Below are positions 63,780 through 64,000 of a stretch of DNA of 64,000 bases, one piece after another; position 1 is the first letter of the stretch; each line of letters starts with the position of its first letter. The notes below the pieces were generated by a model, which saw nothing but the letters and a program-made list of their open reading frames with translations, made no database searches and was not told where the DNA came from. This DNA is from Octopus bimaculoides (lineage: Eukaryota). The stretch is taken from positions 85,641,555-85,705,554 of the forward strand of contig NC_068985.1 of assembly GCF_001194135.2 (NCBI RefSeq), in the 5' to 3' direction. Position numbers and translations under genes: made by a program.

Positions 63780-64000
63780 TTAAAACTTATGATACCAGCA
63801 GGCTTAAGACCATCTTTGATTTCATAAGGCAGACATCCTGTCTTAAAGTGGTGTTAAATTAAGATCTTCTGTCGAAATTTTGTGTTAATTTATGTTACAA
63901 AAAACCAGCTTAATAACAACAAAGTTATTTTGCTAAATTTTTGAATATTTTGAAAATCAATTAAAACAAAAGCTGAGTATTGCAACCGAAATCTCATAAG
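63780..64000. mobile_element. piggyBac-type MITE running off the window end
   Basis: Starts at a TTAA that also ends an AAAGGGTTAA terminus. Internal AATTAAGATCTTCTGTCGAAATTTTGTGTTAATTTATGTT...ACCAGCTTAATAA matches 61425-61490 and 60600-60700. Confidence 0.6.

Overview
This is AT-rich, microsatellite-dense metazoan genomic DNA with 10 assembly gaps (about 3.4 kb of N). The repeat families look like those of an octopus (coleoid cephalopod) genome; that assignment comes from my recognition of the repeats, not from a database hit. I found no supportable host protein-coding exon, rRNA, tRNA gene or CRISPR array, so the window looks like a large intron or gene desert. All protein-like signal comes from decayed transposons: at least four R4/Dong-type restriction-like-endonuclease (REL) LINE fragments, a second REL LINE tail, RTE LINE 3' ends, a Tx1/L1-type tail, a Helitron 3' end with its Pif1 helicase motifs and CTAG terminus, and a Penelope-like GIY-YIG fragment. 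There are also TTAA-flanked piggyBac-type MITEs and many tRNA-derived SINEs. The best leads for follow-up are non-coding structures: a minimal type I hammerhead-ribozyme fold (58871-58936), a minus-strand pri-miRNA-like hairpin (15978-16056), a ~208 bp foldback palindrome (41646-41853), and a copy-number-variable double-hairpin tandem module in RTE 3' UTRs (40147-40463). None of these can be called a new biological system from the sequence alone.
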